Positions 39,982-53,817 of a stretch of DNA of 64,000 nt are shown here, in pieces; position 1 is the first letter of the stretch, and every line of letters starts with the position of its first letter. The stretch comes from Paraspadella gotoi. Lineage: Eukaryota > Animalia > Chaetognatha. The notes beneath the pieces are model-generated. The model saw only the letters and a list, made by a program, of their open reading frames with translations, did no database searches and was not told where the DNA came from. Position numbers and translations under genes: made by a program. The DNA is taken from the NCBI GenBank assembly GCA_051294375.1, contig CM119269.1, positions 9,241,274 to 9,305,273 of the forward strand, in the 5' to 3' direction.

Positions 39982-42900
39982 GAGAGAAAATCTCGTTCAC
40001 ACATCTGAAGGTGTTGCTTGCCAAAATTTTCAACTCTTCTCATCGAGAAAATAAAAACCTTTAAAAGTAGTTAGATAGATATCACAGCCGTGATAGTATA
40101 GTGGTTAGTACTTCGCGTTGTGGCCGCGACAACCCAGGTTCGAATCCTGGTCACGGCAAGATTTTTTTCAAATTTTTTTTTTTTTGTGAAAATATTTATT
40201 TTCACAATCATAAATCGTATAGGGCCCTGCTATTATATTAACCCACCATAGCCTATCCAAAGTCGCTAGACAATAGAGCTTATTTATTAATTGAATTGTA
40301 ACCAATAGTATCCAATTTTATCCACAGGTTATGGACGAAGGAGCGAAAAAGAAATTCGTCCTCGGAATGTCATTCATGAACGGACAGGGATTCGAAAAAG
40401 CGATTCGTTGCTTCGACAAAGGTCGGTTGGTCGGTCGGTCTCTCAGTAGGTTAGTCGCTCGGTCTGTCGGTCATCAATCGGTCGGTTAGTCGGTCTGTCA
40501 GTTGGTTAATTTGTCGGTTGGTTAATCGGTCAGTCGGATAATCAGTCCATAGGTCGGTTGGTCGGTCGCACGAATGCTCAAACTAAAGTTCAATCAGTAG
40601 TTGGTTGGTTGGTCAGTTGGTTAGTCGATCGGTTTGTTGGTGGATCGGTTGGCTTCGGTGGTTCGTCGTGTCATTTTCTTAATCTTATTTGTCTCTTCTT
40701 TCTTTCTAATTCTATTTTTATTCTTTCATTTCTTTTGTTTTGTATATGTCACAAAATCAATATTCGATACATTCGATATTGGATAACATTCACGCACCGT
40801 ATCTTTTAACCCACCTCATTTTATTCCAAAACTTCACCTCCAAACCTTCCCTTCAAACAATACCACGAAACATCATAAAATCTTATCTTCAACCCTCACC
40901 TTCAAAACTTACCCTTTTTAGTTGTGCCGCGAGTACTCGCTTAGCAACTCTGTAAGTCACTTTTCGGTCGGTCGGTCGGTCGGTCGGTCGGTCTGTCGGT
41001 TGGTCCATCGGTGAGTCGGTATGTCTGTCCGTCGGTCTTTCCCACTTACGTTAAAACGCTTATAACTTGCCTATAGTTTGTTGCTCATTTGTTAAAAAAC
41101 AAATCTAAGCGACTACTGGCGCCGCCTTTAGTTTTTAAAGAAATCTTATAAACTATAAGAAATAAATAACATGATAAGTAAAAAGAAAAGTTATGCGGCG
41201 CAACACCTTTGAATAACCGTTCCTTGTTTTTCAGCCATTCACTTGAGACCCGATGTCCTCGTCTTTCACATCAAACGAGCCGACGCTTTTCTTCAAATCG
41301 GAGATTTCAAATCCGCCATAGCCAATTTTCGGTCAGAAAGCATTGTATCTTGTTGCATTGTATTGTATTTTATTGAATTTCATTTTATTGTATCGTTTTA
41401 TTTTTATTGCATAACATTGCTTTTTATTGCATCAAAATTTATTGAATACCCTTGCATTGCTTTGCATTAATTTTATTGCCTTTGGTATTTCACTTAATTG
41501 CATTATTTTTAATTGCATTGTATTATATATTCTTAATATATAATTCTAATTATTCTTATATATGTTTTATAATATTATAGAAACGCCAAAATCCCATTAC
41601 GATATGAGAGTCAAATTTCTTTTTGATTCAGGCGATATTTAAAGTTCGACCCCCAAAAACGAATTCAAAATTTCCAAACTGGCTTTCCTATACTACTTTT
41701 ATGGTCAAGGTAAAGAAAAGTATAGAAAAGTAAAGTAAAGTAAAGTAAAGAAAAGAAAAGAAAAGAAAAGAAAAGAAAAGAAAAGAAAAGAAAAGAAAAG
41801 AAAAGAAAAGAAAAGAAAAGAAAAGAAAAAAAAAGTCAATGAACCAACTGAGCCTCTCTTCTTCCCCGAGTGCTTTTCGATCAAGGATGTCCTGACGACG
41901 CGCTCGAGATGTTTGGAAAGGCTTGTCAACTGCGGCCAGAATCGATGGTCTACAAATCTAGAGTCTTTGCTTGTCTCGTCACTTTGGGAAAATACAAAGT
42001 CAGTCTAAATTCCACGATTTTTTTATGTCATGTCATGTTATGTCTTATTTATTTTTTGTTTTGTTTTTAGGAATGCCTATCTCTCTTGAATATGCAAATA
42101 CGGCTGGAACCAAAGTGTCCGGACCTTTACGTCATGAGGGCGAGAGTTTATTTATTGACCAATCACGTGACGGACGCGTATCTCAACGCGGGAAAAGCAC
42201 TGCGATTGGACGCTGATCATAAAGTCAGTTATTGAATATTGATTTAAAACAAAAATAAAATATTTCGAAGACGAAATAATTACTTTATAATTCTGCAAAT
42301 TATCAAATGATTTCAATGTACTACAGTTGGTGGATTTGTTTTCATTTGTGAAGGAGGCCGCCGAAATGATGCGAAGAATGAAAGAAAAGGCCAACGATTC
42401 GATGACGATGTCGGTACAGATGGAGCGACAGGGCAGACTCGACGTCGCGTTGAACAAAATAACATCGGCCATAGAATCTGATCCATCGGTGGCAGTTTTT
42501 CACGTTTTGAGAGGTTTGTTTATTTACTGGGATTTAAATAATAGATAATACGATAAGAAACTTGTAATGTTGTTTCTCTTCTAGGTGCGTTGTACAGAAA
42601 GACTCTTAATTACGGAAAAGCCATTGACGATTATTTCACCGCGATGGAAAAATCTCAACCAGGTGGTTATATTTGTGCTACACTTCTACACTTTACATAT
42701 ATTAATTATTTGTTTTGCGTTTTGTTATCTGCTATTCTCTGTTTCGTATTTTTTCTTATACCAATCTATCTGTTAAACTTAGGGGATGACGAAATCAGCC
42801 ACTCTAAGGCTGACTTTCCAGATATAGCAGATGGTGCACCCATTGCAGCCGACATCAACGATCTTCGACAAGAAGCGACGAATCAACTTGCAATCACTTA

Positions 42901-44645
42901 CAACGATTTCGCCGTCGAATGCTATATGAAGGAGAGGCTTGGTTTTTGTTTCGTAGAGTTTATTTCGGTCCTGTTCTTATATATATTTGTTTTAACTATA
43001 GGGTGATTACGAAACGTCGCTGGAATATTTAAACAAAGCTGTCGGCAACATCAAAGACGCAGCGGCTTTGTACGTGAACAGAGGCGACTGTCTGCTTCGG
43101 CTAGAAGAATATCCCTTGGCTCTTGCAGATTATCAGGTGGAGATGAGAGAATTCGGCGATTGGTTGGGATGGCTTGAAGAAAAATTGATGAATATAACAG
43201 ACGTTATTTGCAGGTGTACTGTACTCAGATTCCAATATATTTTGTAAAATTGATCGAAATTTACCTAGTTTCTTTAAACTTAACTATTCACTCTTTATTC
43301 TATGTATCATGCCTTTCCCCCGTCCGCCATGTCAGACTGCGTTGGACATGCAACCAAAAAATCCCAGGGATGTTCGGACCAGAATTTCCTACGTTTACAA
43401 TGAGTACGGAATCTTAAGTGCCAAGCAGGTGAGTGGCAAAACTGTTTGAATAAGTTTTATTGAGTCTGACAAATGTGCAAGAAAAATATTTTATTAAAAT
43501 CAGAGATCAAATGTTATTTGGATGAACATCGAACATTTATTATTTGCCTTACTAGTTACGAAACGTCACTTTTACTGTAATAATCCATTTTACTTCCTAT
43601 CTTTCTCCATCAATCTATCGACTTTCTTTTTCCAGCATCGCTGGACTAAGGCCGCGTCTTATTTCGAGTCCGCGATCTCTAATTGTCCACTCATCGCGTC
43701 TTACTACATCAACTTGACTCGCGCACGCGCTGCGTACGACGTGCCGCGCGCGCGTTACGACTTTCTCCGCGCATGCGCCGTGATGAAGAGGGATCAGGTT
43801 AGATCAATTTGGTTCTGTTTGGGCGGATACGATGAAGCATTGGCTGGAATTGGTTGCGAACAGAAGATATCGTTGCTATTTTAAAACATTGCTGGAAAAT
43901 AAAAAGGTTTCTTTGTCGATACCAGCTCTAAAATGAAAAATGATAAATTTACCCAAAGATTTACTTTTTTGTCTTTTTTTTTTCGTCGATAATACAAAAT
44001 GTATCAGCAAAATGGACTCATAAAAATGCATTAAAAAATAGTTGTTTGATGAACCATCATCTTTAGAAATTTTTTCAGGAAATTGCAGATGGTGAAGCCA
44101 CCGCCAATGATTCGTCGGCGTCCTTGGCGTCGTTGGCATCGTTGGCGGCGTCGCTATTTCCGGGAAAACGAGTGGATGAGATCGCGTCGATGACCGACGC
44201 CGTTCGCGTTAAAGAGGAAGTGAACGACGCCGTAGCGAAGTTTGAAGCCGCTAATTTTAAGGCGAACGCCGCCGACGCCGCTAAAACTCACGTAATAGAC
44301 GCCGCGTCTCCTGCTCGCTCGCCGAAGCCGCCGCTGCTCGGAAGCCTCGTCGCCGCCCTCGAAACGGCGCCGCCAACGCCCCCGCCGCCGGGAAGAATCG
44401 GCGTCAAACTTTTTGTGGAGAAAAGAAAATCGGGAAAGATTTCTAAAGCGGCGATCGTATGGGATCCGAGGAAGTGGGAGAGGAAGAGGGAGAAGGGGAG
44501 GGAGGAGGAAGGAGAAAGGAGGAGAGAAGAAGAGGGAATGGAAAAGTTGCGAATGTTGGGAAGAAATTCCAAACGGAAAAAGGTAAGGACGGGTAAGGTC
44601 GGCGACAGATCGCTGCTCCGGGAAATCGATTTCTCTGTAATTTGA
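38013..44645 (+). CDS. TTC16: Tetratricopeptide repeat protein 16; exons 38698-38870, 39249-39432, 39530-39576, 39693-39833, 40328-40421, 41235-41331, 41632-41709, 41872-41998, 42071-42223, 42354-42513, 42585-42662, 42783-42931, 43002-43136, 43336-43428, 43636-43797, 44079-44645 (+/-1 nt); exons before 38698 uncertain
   Basis: KRADAFLQIGDFKSAIANFR, RQEATNQLAITYNDFAVECY, LYVNRGDCLLRLEEYPLALADYQ and LFPGKRVDEI match recalled TTC16 motifs (RAEAYLQLCDFSSA, QLLLTYNDFAVHCY, LYINRGDCFFQL, LFPGMSVEEV). One homopolymer frameshift at ~41651. Confidence 0.9.
40087..40158 (+). tRNA. tRNA-His(GTG), intact, intronic in TTC16
   Basis: GCCGTGATAGTATAGTGGTTAGTACTTCGCGTTGTGGCCGCGACAACCCAGGTTCGAATCCTGGTCACGGCA, followed by a T7 Pol III terminator. 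Confidence 0.97.
40221..40305 (+). mobile_element. Short dispersed repeat family, copy 5
   Basis: AGGGCCCTGCTATT..TTAACCCACCATAGCCTATCCAAAGTC..AGCTTATTTATTAATTGAATTGTAACCAAT. Confidence 0.6.
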
Positions 44646-45030
44646 AACATCGGAATACCGACTCTCGAAATTAACAATATTGAGGATAAAATATTAAACT
44701 AAAAATGTAATATTTAGACTGAATTGGACCAATCTGTATGTTTTCATGGAAAAAACTCATCACGAGATCGGCGAATTAATTCAATTTTCGGCCGACGACG
44801 ACGACGACGACGACGACGACGGCGAAGACGACGACGACTTCTGCAGAGAATAAACCAAGAAATCCTCATGTTGTTGCGTCTTAATGAATTCTCTACAATT
44901 TAGTTATTATTTTATTGTTGTACTATTTTTTTTGATTACTTTAACTTTTCACCTTCATTGTAAAAATACAAAAAACTACTTCTAACTCAATCTCTCTCTC
45001 CTCTCTCTCTCTCCTCTCTCTCTCTCTCTC

Positions 45031-45072
<42 letters not shown>

Positions 45073-45335
45073 AAAAGAAATAGTAAAAGAAAACATTTCA
45101 TGAAGTATTATTCATAAAAAAATAAAAGAAGTTAATAAAGACAGAGAAACATGAATATGAAAAGCTAAAAAAAGGTGTGGTTGGCCAATGGCTAACCTGA
45201 CGCATGATCGATGAATGATAGGGAGTAGTGAAAGTTGCAGATCAAAATTCGAATAGTTGATCAGGAACGCTGTTCATTGAGCAGTCTTGTACTAAAGAAA
45301 ATTGTCATATATGTAAGAGATGATTATTATTATAA

Positions 45336-45387
<52 letters not shown>

Positions 45388-45868
45388 TACATGATATTTA
45401 CATAATATTTAAACAATTTTTTAACTTCTCAAACCATTTTAAAATGTTGACATTTTCTATGGTAAGTATTGAGTAAGTACTATGTATAAATATGGGCTAA
45501 TGCAAAATTGAAAATATTTTTTTTTATTTAAAAATGATCACAAGTCAAATTTTTATTCTACTTGATTTTAATATTTTTTCTACGCTTTAATGAAAATCAA
45601 TGAACAATCAATGAACAAATAATCAATGAATGAAACTTCAGTATTCAACTGAATGAATGTTCGAAAGAAATGAATCCTATGATGAATAAGTTCCTCAAAA
45701 GTTCCTTCCCGATAAGAGGCCTAAAATGAGTGAAAGAGAGGCCAAATTGGAAAGAGAGGCCTAAAATTCGGTGTCGAGAGACTAAAAATAGATTCATTCA
45801 TGGAATCAAAGCCAACGGCCAGAAAAGGGTTTGACCGTTTGTCGTCGCCTCAGTTTTTGGGAACAAAA

Positions 45869-45925
<57 letters not shown>

Positions 45926-46444
45926 CGAAAAAAATTGGGACAAAAGAAAATTTTTAAAACTTTATTACTTTTATTCATTTAATCTTTCTTTTTTCAACAG
46001 GAGAAAAAAAAACGGACTTGACGGAAAAGAGATATAAAAAAGTAAAATCAGTTTTTTGCCCTTTTTTATTTTATTTATAGAGTCCCATTAAAAAAATCTT
46101 TTTTAAACCATCCACCGACTACGATGCCTTTCCCGAGGCAGCGAGCTAAATTTTTATCTTTAGCTTCCAACGAGACAGAGAGAGAGAGAGAGAGAGAGGG
46201 GAAAAAAAAGTTTTTTTGTGAGGTTTTGAATTTCATCATAAAACTGGATATTTTTTTTTAAACTAAAAAAATATCCGTATAAAGAATTTTTTTTTTCAGA
46301 TATTTTCTATGCAAGGGATATTTTTTTATATTTTCTTCTCTCTCCGTGGTCACCGATCGCCGACGAAAAAAAAAAAGACCTCGCCTCTTTTTTTTTTCGT
46401 CTCTACCTCCCTCCTCCTCATGCTCCTCCTCCTCCTCCTCCTCC

Positions 46445-47451
46445 TCACTTCCCCTGAGGATAAAACTTCCAAATTCCCTTCGGTGTCACGACGATGACTT
46501 TCGCCGATTTCGCCTCCGCCGCCTTCACCGCCGCCTCAGCGCCGGCGCACTCCGCCGCCGCCGCCTCAGCCGCGGCGGCCTCGGCCACGGGATCCTCGGG
46601 GGTCGCGGCCTCCTCCTCGCGATCCTCTTCCTCCGCCGCCGCGGCTCCTGCGGCTGCTGGCTCCGGGGCGACGCTGGCCGTTTCGGCTTCTTCGCAGATA
46701 TCTTCCGCGTCCTGATATGGAAAAGGGGGGGGAAGGGGAGGGGGGAGAGTGGTGGTGAGTGTGGGTTAGTGTGGGTTAGTGTGGGTGGATTTGTGATCGG
46801 TAAATCAGATATTACAGCGAAGGTAGGTTTTTTCGGGAATTTAAGAAAGGTGTCGAGGATAGGGACGCGCAGAGGCTAAAGTTGCGTGTGGTAGGTCTGT
46901 TACAATATTAGTTATTAATGAAAAAAAGGAAGAAAAAAATGAGGAAGAGATAAAAATGGAAAAATTAGAACTTGAGATGGGAGAAAAGAGAAGAAAAGAA
47001 AAAGAAGAAAGTGGGTAAGCGAAAAAGAAAAGTGAAGGATAGAGAGGAAAAGGGGATGAGCGGTGAGGGAAATAGGGAGATAAAGAGGCGAAGAAAAGAA
47101 AAGTTAAGGAAAGAAAGGGAAAAAAAATCGAAGAAAGAAAGAGAGGAGAGGGGGTGAAGGAAAAAGGGACAGAAAAAAGTGAGAAATAGAGAGGAGAGAC
47201 GAAAAGGATCCTAGAGATAAGGAAAGAGAAAGATGGACTTAAAGAGAAGGAGCTTNNNNNNNNNNTAATAAGAAATGAAACGTGGATTGGGGTTGGAATT
47301 AAAACCGATTCCTGAAATGATATTCAAAATTCAATCACTTTTTCGTTTTTGTTAAATTTGTTTAGATTTTTCGATCGTGGAATCTTTGCTCGAGATTTTA
47401 ACAATAAAAAATGGCGCAAAAAGTGAAAAGAAAGAAGAGAGAGAGAGAGAG

Positions 47452-47485
<34 letters not shown>

Positions 47486-48247
47486 GAGAGAGAGAGAGAG
47501 AGACGCAATTGACGAATGTGGAAAAGTATTTCCCAGAAAATGCACAGCTTGGAGGAGAGAATTGGCTCTACGCGATGGAACCTGCAAGCGGTGGATTTTC
47601 CAAGTCAGAGTTTTTCCAATCGGGCGTCGCTAGGACAAAGGCGCAATTTTTTAGTCCATGCGCCTTTTTCTGGTTAACGCGCCTTTTTGTGGTAAAGATG
47701 CCATTTTTTGGTCAAGGGGCCTTTTTGTGGTCCACGTTTATTTTTGTGGTCAAGGCGCCTTCTTTTGGTCATGTCGCTTCTAGGAAAGGCTTTGTGGTTT
47801 GTGTTTTTTTTTAGATTAGTTGTTCGCAAATTAAAACTTAGATTTGTTTCTGTACATCGAACCGGGCGTCTTAATTACATTTTTGTGATCAAAAATAACA
47901 ATTTAGATCGCAACTTTTCGTTTAAATTTGTTTTCGTTTGTTAGTTTTTATGTTTTTGTTTCGTTGTTTTTTGTTGTTTCGCTTTTGTAAAAACTAAGAA
48001 TTGAGAAATGAGAAAAAAAATTTGTGCAAACATCTTCCCGGATGAAATCAAAAAACGCAAATGAATATATGAGAGAAATTGTGACAGAGAAGAGAGAGAG
48101 AGAGAGAGAGAGGAAGAGAGAAGAGAGAGAGGAGAAGAGAGAGAGAAAGAGACGCTTGATAAAAGCGCGCCAATTTTTTCTTTTTTTTTCGGTTTAAAGA
48201 AAAAAATCTCTTTGGTGTCCCGACCCCGCCCGAGAAAAAAAAACTGA

Positions 48248-48308
<61 letters not shown>

Positions 48309-50121
48309 AGAGAGAGGAGAGAGAGAAGAGGAGAGAGAGAGAGACTGCCCATTGAAAATTTCCTTTTTATATTTTATTTAAAAAGAAGAAAAAAAGTGAT
48401 TTTTCATTGTTCTTCAGAGAGAGACCAATAACCTGAGGTAGCCACATTCTCATGTATCTTATGTATTATTTAAAGGAATGTTTTATGCTAAACTGATACA
48501 CAAAAAGTACAGATTACGGCGTGCTTTGTCATTGTGAAATTTGCCAATTACAATAACCGCGTTGTCAGCGGACATCTTCACGTGTCCGTTTATTCAGCGC
48601 TGCGTCCAAAGTTCATACTTTTCTTTAAGGTTAAATAATTTTGGATTTTTTTTCATTGAAAAACCTTTTTTTTTCACGAAGAATAAAAAAAATAGAAAAA
48701 AATTGAAAAAAAGGTGCAGGTAGACGCTTTTGGAAGATATCGACGCTTTACTCTGCAGCGCTGCAGTTTATTTCCTGCAGCGCAGAAATCGAACGCTTAA
48801 GTTAAAACCGAAAAAAGAAAATTGGGCGTTTGGGTGAATTGGTTAGTCCGTGAGACAATGTCTATGTGATCATAAGTCCAAAATACAATTTACGTTTAAA
48901 AAAAAAGTTTAAAAAAAAAAATAAGCGATGAAAAAAATAAAAGGAAAAAAAATGACGCTGCTCGAGGGAAGGAGAGGCAGAGAGAAGAAGACGACGTAGC
49001 GCTGTGAACTCTTTGTATGTACCCAAATGTATGTGCTCCCCAAAAACAGCGTTCTCTCTCTCTCTCTCACTCTTCGATGCAGCACGCATTTTTTTTGCCA
49101 AAAATTCTTTTTTTTTTTAGGAAGCATACGCTTCCTTCTCCCCCACCCCTCAGTCCCTTGTCGCATACATTATTCGGCATCAAAGAGAAAGAGAGAAAAA
49201 AAATGCAGCATTTTTTTTTCTTCTAATACCTGAACTTTACTATCGGCGGCTTCTGCCGGGAATTCTGCCGGATGATGATGATAGCAGGCCTCCTTCTTTT
49301 TCGGCACCCTGAACTTGTTCACAGAAAATGCCAGCTTGTCGCAGCCGACGTCAGTTCCATCGTCTCCGGCGTCAGCCTGGGAGGAGAAACAGACAATTCA
49401 ACCTGACTGTTTCTTCTTACAGTTTTTCTTCTGTGATTCCAGCGCTGCGGTCGCTCGCTCTACGAAGATAAAAAGACTATCAATGGTCGTGTAAATTTGG
49501 ATTAAACCATTTTTTTAATAAATTTTATGACATAAAATTGTCAGCTTAATAAAGCTGAAGTAAAATTATTTAATTTTCTCAACTAGTGTTCTTTTAAATG
49601 TTATGTTAATATTTGAATCAAGCACCGTTGTAAGCAAGTTCTACTAAACAACTACAATAGATTCTGTTTTATCTTACATTTAGCTAATTTTCTCTCTTAG
49701 ATCAAACATTCAATTGTTTTACCAAACATAACCATCATCCTTCACAATAGACTTCACAATTTCACCTGTATGTAATTGATTCTCATTTCCAAGATGATCT
49801 CACCTGGATGTAATTGATGACCTTCTCATCCTTTCCCGGACAGTAGAGGTTGATGTGATGAATGATCATCTGATTGTGTTTGTCCCGATTGAACTGAATC
49901 GTGTCCGCCACCCAATCGTTGGCCCGCGGGCAGTCGGAGACGATGTCCGCCACGAAAGGGTTGCGTCGACGCTTAAGGATCTGGACGGGAAGGAAGAGGA
50001 GCGGACGAAGGAGTTGAGAGGGACTGACGGAGGACGACAATGGCGACGACGACGACGACGATCAAAAAAAAAAAGGTAAAAACCGGATCTGATTTTTTGA
50101 CTTTTTTAAACCCCTCGAATG

Positions 50122-50211
<90 letters not shown>

Positions 50212-52519
50212 TTGTTGAACTTTAAACTTTATTACAACCCGGGCTTTTGTGTGCCGCGGTTGTATGTCCCCAAGAAATTCTATTGTCAGTGGGGAACGAT
50301 TAAAATTTGTTTTTAACCAAGGTTCAACTTTGGATAACCATCTTTGTATCAATCGCGAATGTTTTTTCAAAGTCACCATTATTTAAATACAGTTTTAAAA
50401 CGCTGATGAAGGCTTGTAAAGCAAGTCGAAACATGTCTGTTCAAAATAAATAAAATTCGTTGCAAACAAAAACTTTGTCAATTCTCTAATAAAGTTTTTT
50501 AAAAAAAGTATTGAGTCTCTAAAATGAAGCAATCTGTACAAACAATTTGTACAAACTGCAAGGTACTACTATGTTTCATAGAGTAACCGTGAAGAGAAGT
50601 GACTTTATACTTTAAACTTACCTTGACTAAATCTGTCCACTTGAGTTCACTTCCGTCGGCGAAACACCAGGCGTGTTCACCATAGTTGCATTCCACTTTG
50701 TTTCCGTGGAAAATCACACGGAATCTGTGAATCGAAAAAATATAACTTTGATAATAAGAAAAAATAATTTTTAATGAAGAAAAATAAACTAGTTAATTGA
50801 ATATTTCATTGTCATTATGGGTTTTTTTTTTAATCATTTTTCGCCCCGAAAATGAATTTTAATTTTTGTTTATTTTTTTCCTTGTTTTCCTCAGAAAAGT
50901 TGAATGAGAAAAGATTTCCCATTCAAATTGTCCTGATCTCCAACTACAACTGAAATCCTACACCAACCCTCCGACTTCGCACCAACATTCTTAACTCAAC
51001 CAATTAAATGACTCCAAACCTTCCACGCCGCTCCTCCTCTTCATCCTCCACACCCTTTAACATCACAACACCTTCCCCTTAAGCGCCCCTCGTCCCCGTC
51101 CCTTCTCAACTACCTCGTGTCGTTTCTCCACTTGAAGACAACGATCTTGCGAAGGATCTTCTTGCACTCGGCGGCGGAACCCACGAGGAAGCCTTCGGGA
51201 AAGGACATGATCAACTCGCTCTCCACGCGTTGCCTTACGGGGGGTTGTGATTGGTTGGTTAGCGATGATGATTGGTTGATTAGTAATTCTTGAATTTCCA
51301 TATCGATTGACTGTGGTTCATAATAAGTGGCGATAATTAAAAATTTCTAACAATTAATAATTAATAAATAATAATGGCGATTTAATAAAATTTGTGATTT
51401 TTAATCACGATTTGCAGTTAATAGTTGGCAATGAGGCACTAAGATATGAGCTGAAGGAAGGTTATTTGAATTCGTGATGAGTGGATTTGATTAGTAATCA
51501 TTAGTAATCAGTTAGCCACTCTTGCATTTAAAATGAAACCATGATTGGCCCTCACAATTTGTATTAATTATAAAAAATCACGGTTTGCTACCTTAGCTCA
51601 GGGCGAACTTGTTTCGCATTTAATAATGATTGGTGATTTTAATTGGCAATCTTGATATTTGATTGGTGTCAACCTACCAATCGTCGTTGGCTTTGTCTTC
51701 GGTGTAGCGTCTCGCAGGCGCTCCGATGAACAAAGTTGGCATCTCGGTGACGGTCGGATGCTGAATGTTATAAAATAAGTTGTTATTTAATTTGTTCAGG
51801 TTGCTTTGAAACGGTTTTTGTTAAGAAACGTTTTACTTAAAATTATTCCAAAGACAATTTATTGAACAAGTTATCAATTATACATTTCTTCTTCAACTTT
51901 CATTGGATTTTATTTCATTTTTAATATTTATTTAATATAAAAACCTAGCTACCTTTTAAATTAAAAAAAAAAACCAGAATATTAAGTTATGTTTGGAAGG
52001 CTACAAATATAATAATTAAAGCAAAAGTCATGGCTACTGACCCTCGGGTTGAAAAGCTTTTCATAGTCGGAAGAATTTTTTTCAAATTGTTCGAATTTGG
52101 CTTCAATATCCTGAATCAACTCGGGCAGAACCTGAATGTAAAATGAATACGATTAATCGATTATAATTCCAGGTTTATATTTTAAGTATTGAACTTAATA
52201 TTACTAAAAATAATAATAAAGAACTTCTCTTTCTTAATTTTTTAAAAATATAAAGATAAATATTTAAAAAACCGAATAATCTCCTGTGTGTGCCTTTCTC
52301 GTTCCGTTATACCTTGGTGCTTTTCAGCCTGTTCAAGAACTCTACGCTGTTCCAGTAGTAGTGCTCGTAGGACTGAGCCAGCTTGGGCGGTCGTTCACAC
52401 ATCTTAATCGTTTCAAATGCTTGAGGTTCCAAACCAAAAAATCCGAGAGGGAAGCGCTCTTGCGAGGATTTAGCGAGATTGAGCAAAAGTTGACCCGTTT
52501 GAAAGTTTTTGTTTCTACC
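46445..52519 (-). CDS. Uncharacterised protein with caspase/metacaspase-like fold and Ala/Glu-rich tail; exons ~52313-52519, 52042-52131, 51678-51760, 51114-51233, 50623-50725, 49804-49980, 49230-49376, 46445-46712; first ATG at 52402
   Basis: Eight phase-consistent exons (one homopolymer frameshift at ~49300): MCERPPKLAQSYEHYYW...FRVIFHGNKVECNYGEHAWCFADGSELKWTDLVKILKRRRNPFVADIVSDCPRANDWV...KGIWKFYPQGK*. Gene presence is well supported; the fold is inferred. Confidence 0.8.
47640..47775. repeat. Minisatellite, ~20 bp unit x~7
   Basis: Degenerate GCGCCTTTTTGTGGTCAAG units in an intron. Confidence 0.8.
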
Positions 52520-52968
52520 CTAAGAATTGGTTCAATAGCGCCGAGGAAGACAGAGAGAGATAGAGACAGAGATGGCGCTACGGATGAAAGACAAGGGAGA
52601 CGCAGATAGAGACAGAGATGAAAGTAAGGTAAGTTGGGGTTGACCAAGATTTGGTTCAAAGAAAAAGACCGAAGAGTTTGGTTCACTCGAAATGATTTTT
52701 TCGAGACTTGGAAAAAAAGGCCAGGACGATGACCAGGCGAAAGACCAGGCAAAACGACCAGGCGGTTGGGGACAGAGAGACCAGGCAATGGTTCGAGCCT
52801 TGCGCGATGGATTTCTCTTTTTCTCTCCTTCGTCGAGCGAAATAGATAGAAAAAGAGACAGAAAAGAGGAGTTTTCGCTGACAAAAGTAGAGAGAAGAGA
52901 AATGATGACAAAAAATCGATTAGAGAATCGAAAAAAGGCGCAAGACGATGAGTGACGAAATAGGACCC

Positions 52969-52977
52969 TTTTTATAG
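52969..52977 (-). promoter_or_regulatory. Candidate TATA box of the caspase-like gene
   Basis: Reverse complement CTATAAAAAG in a GC-rich context, ~450 bp upstream of the first coding exon. Confidence 0.4.
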
Positions 52978-53035
52978 TCGCGACCCTCGTGGCTCGCGAA
53001 AGGGGCTGCGCCAGTCGCCGGATCTGGGCGCGAAC

Positions 53036-53125
<90 letters not shown>

Positions 53126-53783
53126 ACGCCCCCGCCGAGGCCGGCGAATGGCGGCGGTGAGCCCAACGGGGCGTCTGACAAAGAGGAGGCGGAGGTGGCG
53201 TGGGGGGGGGGGAGGGGGGGCGATCCGGGTCCACAGCCTACGCGACACGATCGAGGGAGATCGAAAAGGGAAGACGACGATGATGGCGACTATGTAGTAC
53301 AAGACAACTTTGATGACGATAATGACAATAATGACGTTGACGACGACGAAGATGACAACGTTGACAAAATAGACGACAACGACGAAGACGAAGAAGACGA
53401 CGCCCAAGACAACGATGTTGACCGAGTTGACAATTACGACGACGATAACGACGACAAGGATGACGACGAAGACGACAACTCAGATGACGACGCCGGTTAA
53501 ACTGCGGTGGGTGATATCCTAACTTTGCCTCAACGCATGAACGATCTCTCGGAAAGAACAGCAACTAAAACAATAAAGTACAACAACAACAACAACTGCG
53601 ACAAATAACCATAATGAGTTTAACCGTCAACAACGACAACGACAACGACAACGACAATCTTATGAAAACGCGCCACAAATGAATTAATTGCAGGAAACAA
53701 ACAAATTTAGAACAAATAAGTTTGTTAGTTCAATTTATTATTTTTAATTTGATTTTACACCCTGAATGGTGACGACGACGACT

Positions 53784-53817
<34 letters not shown>

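Noticed and set aside
53195-53500. Asp-rich ORF
   Set aside because: Degenerate (GAC)n sequence like many non-coding tracts in the window; no splice or domain support.
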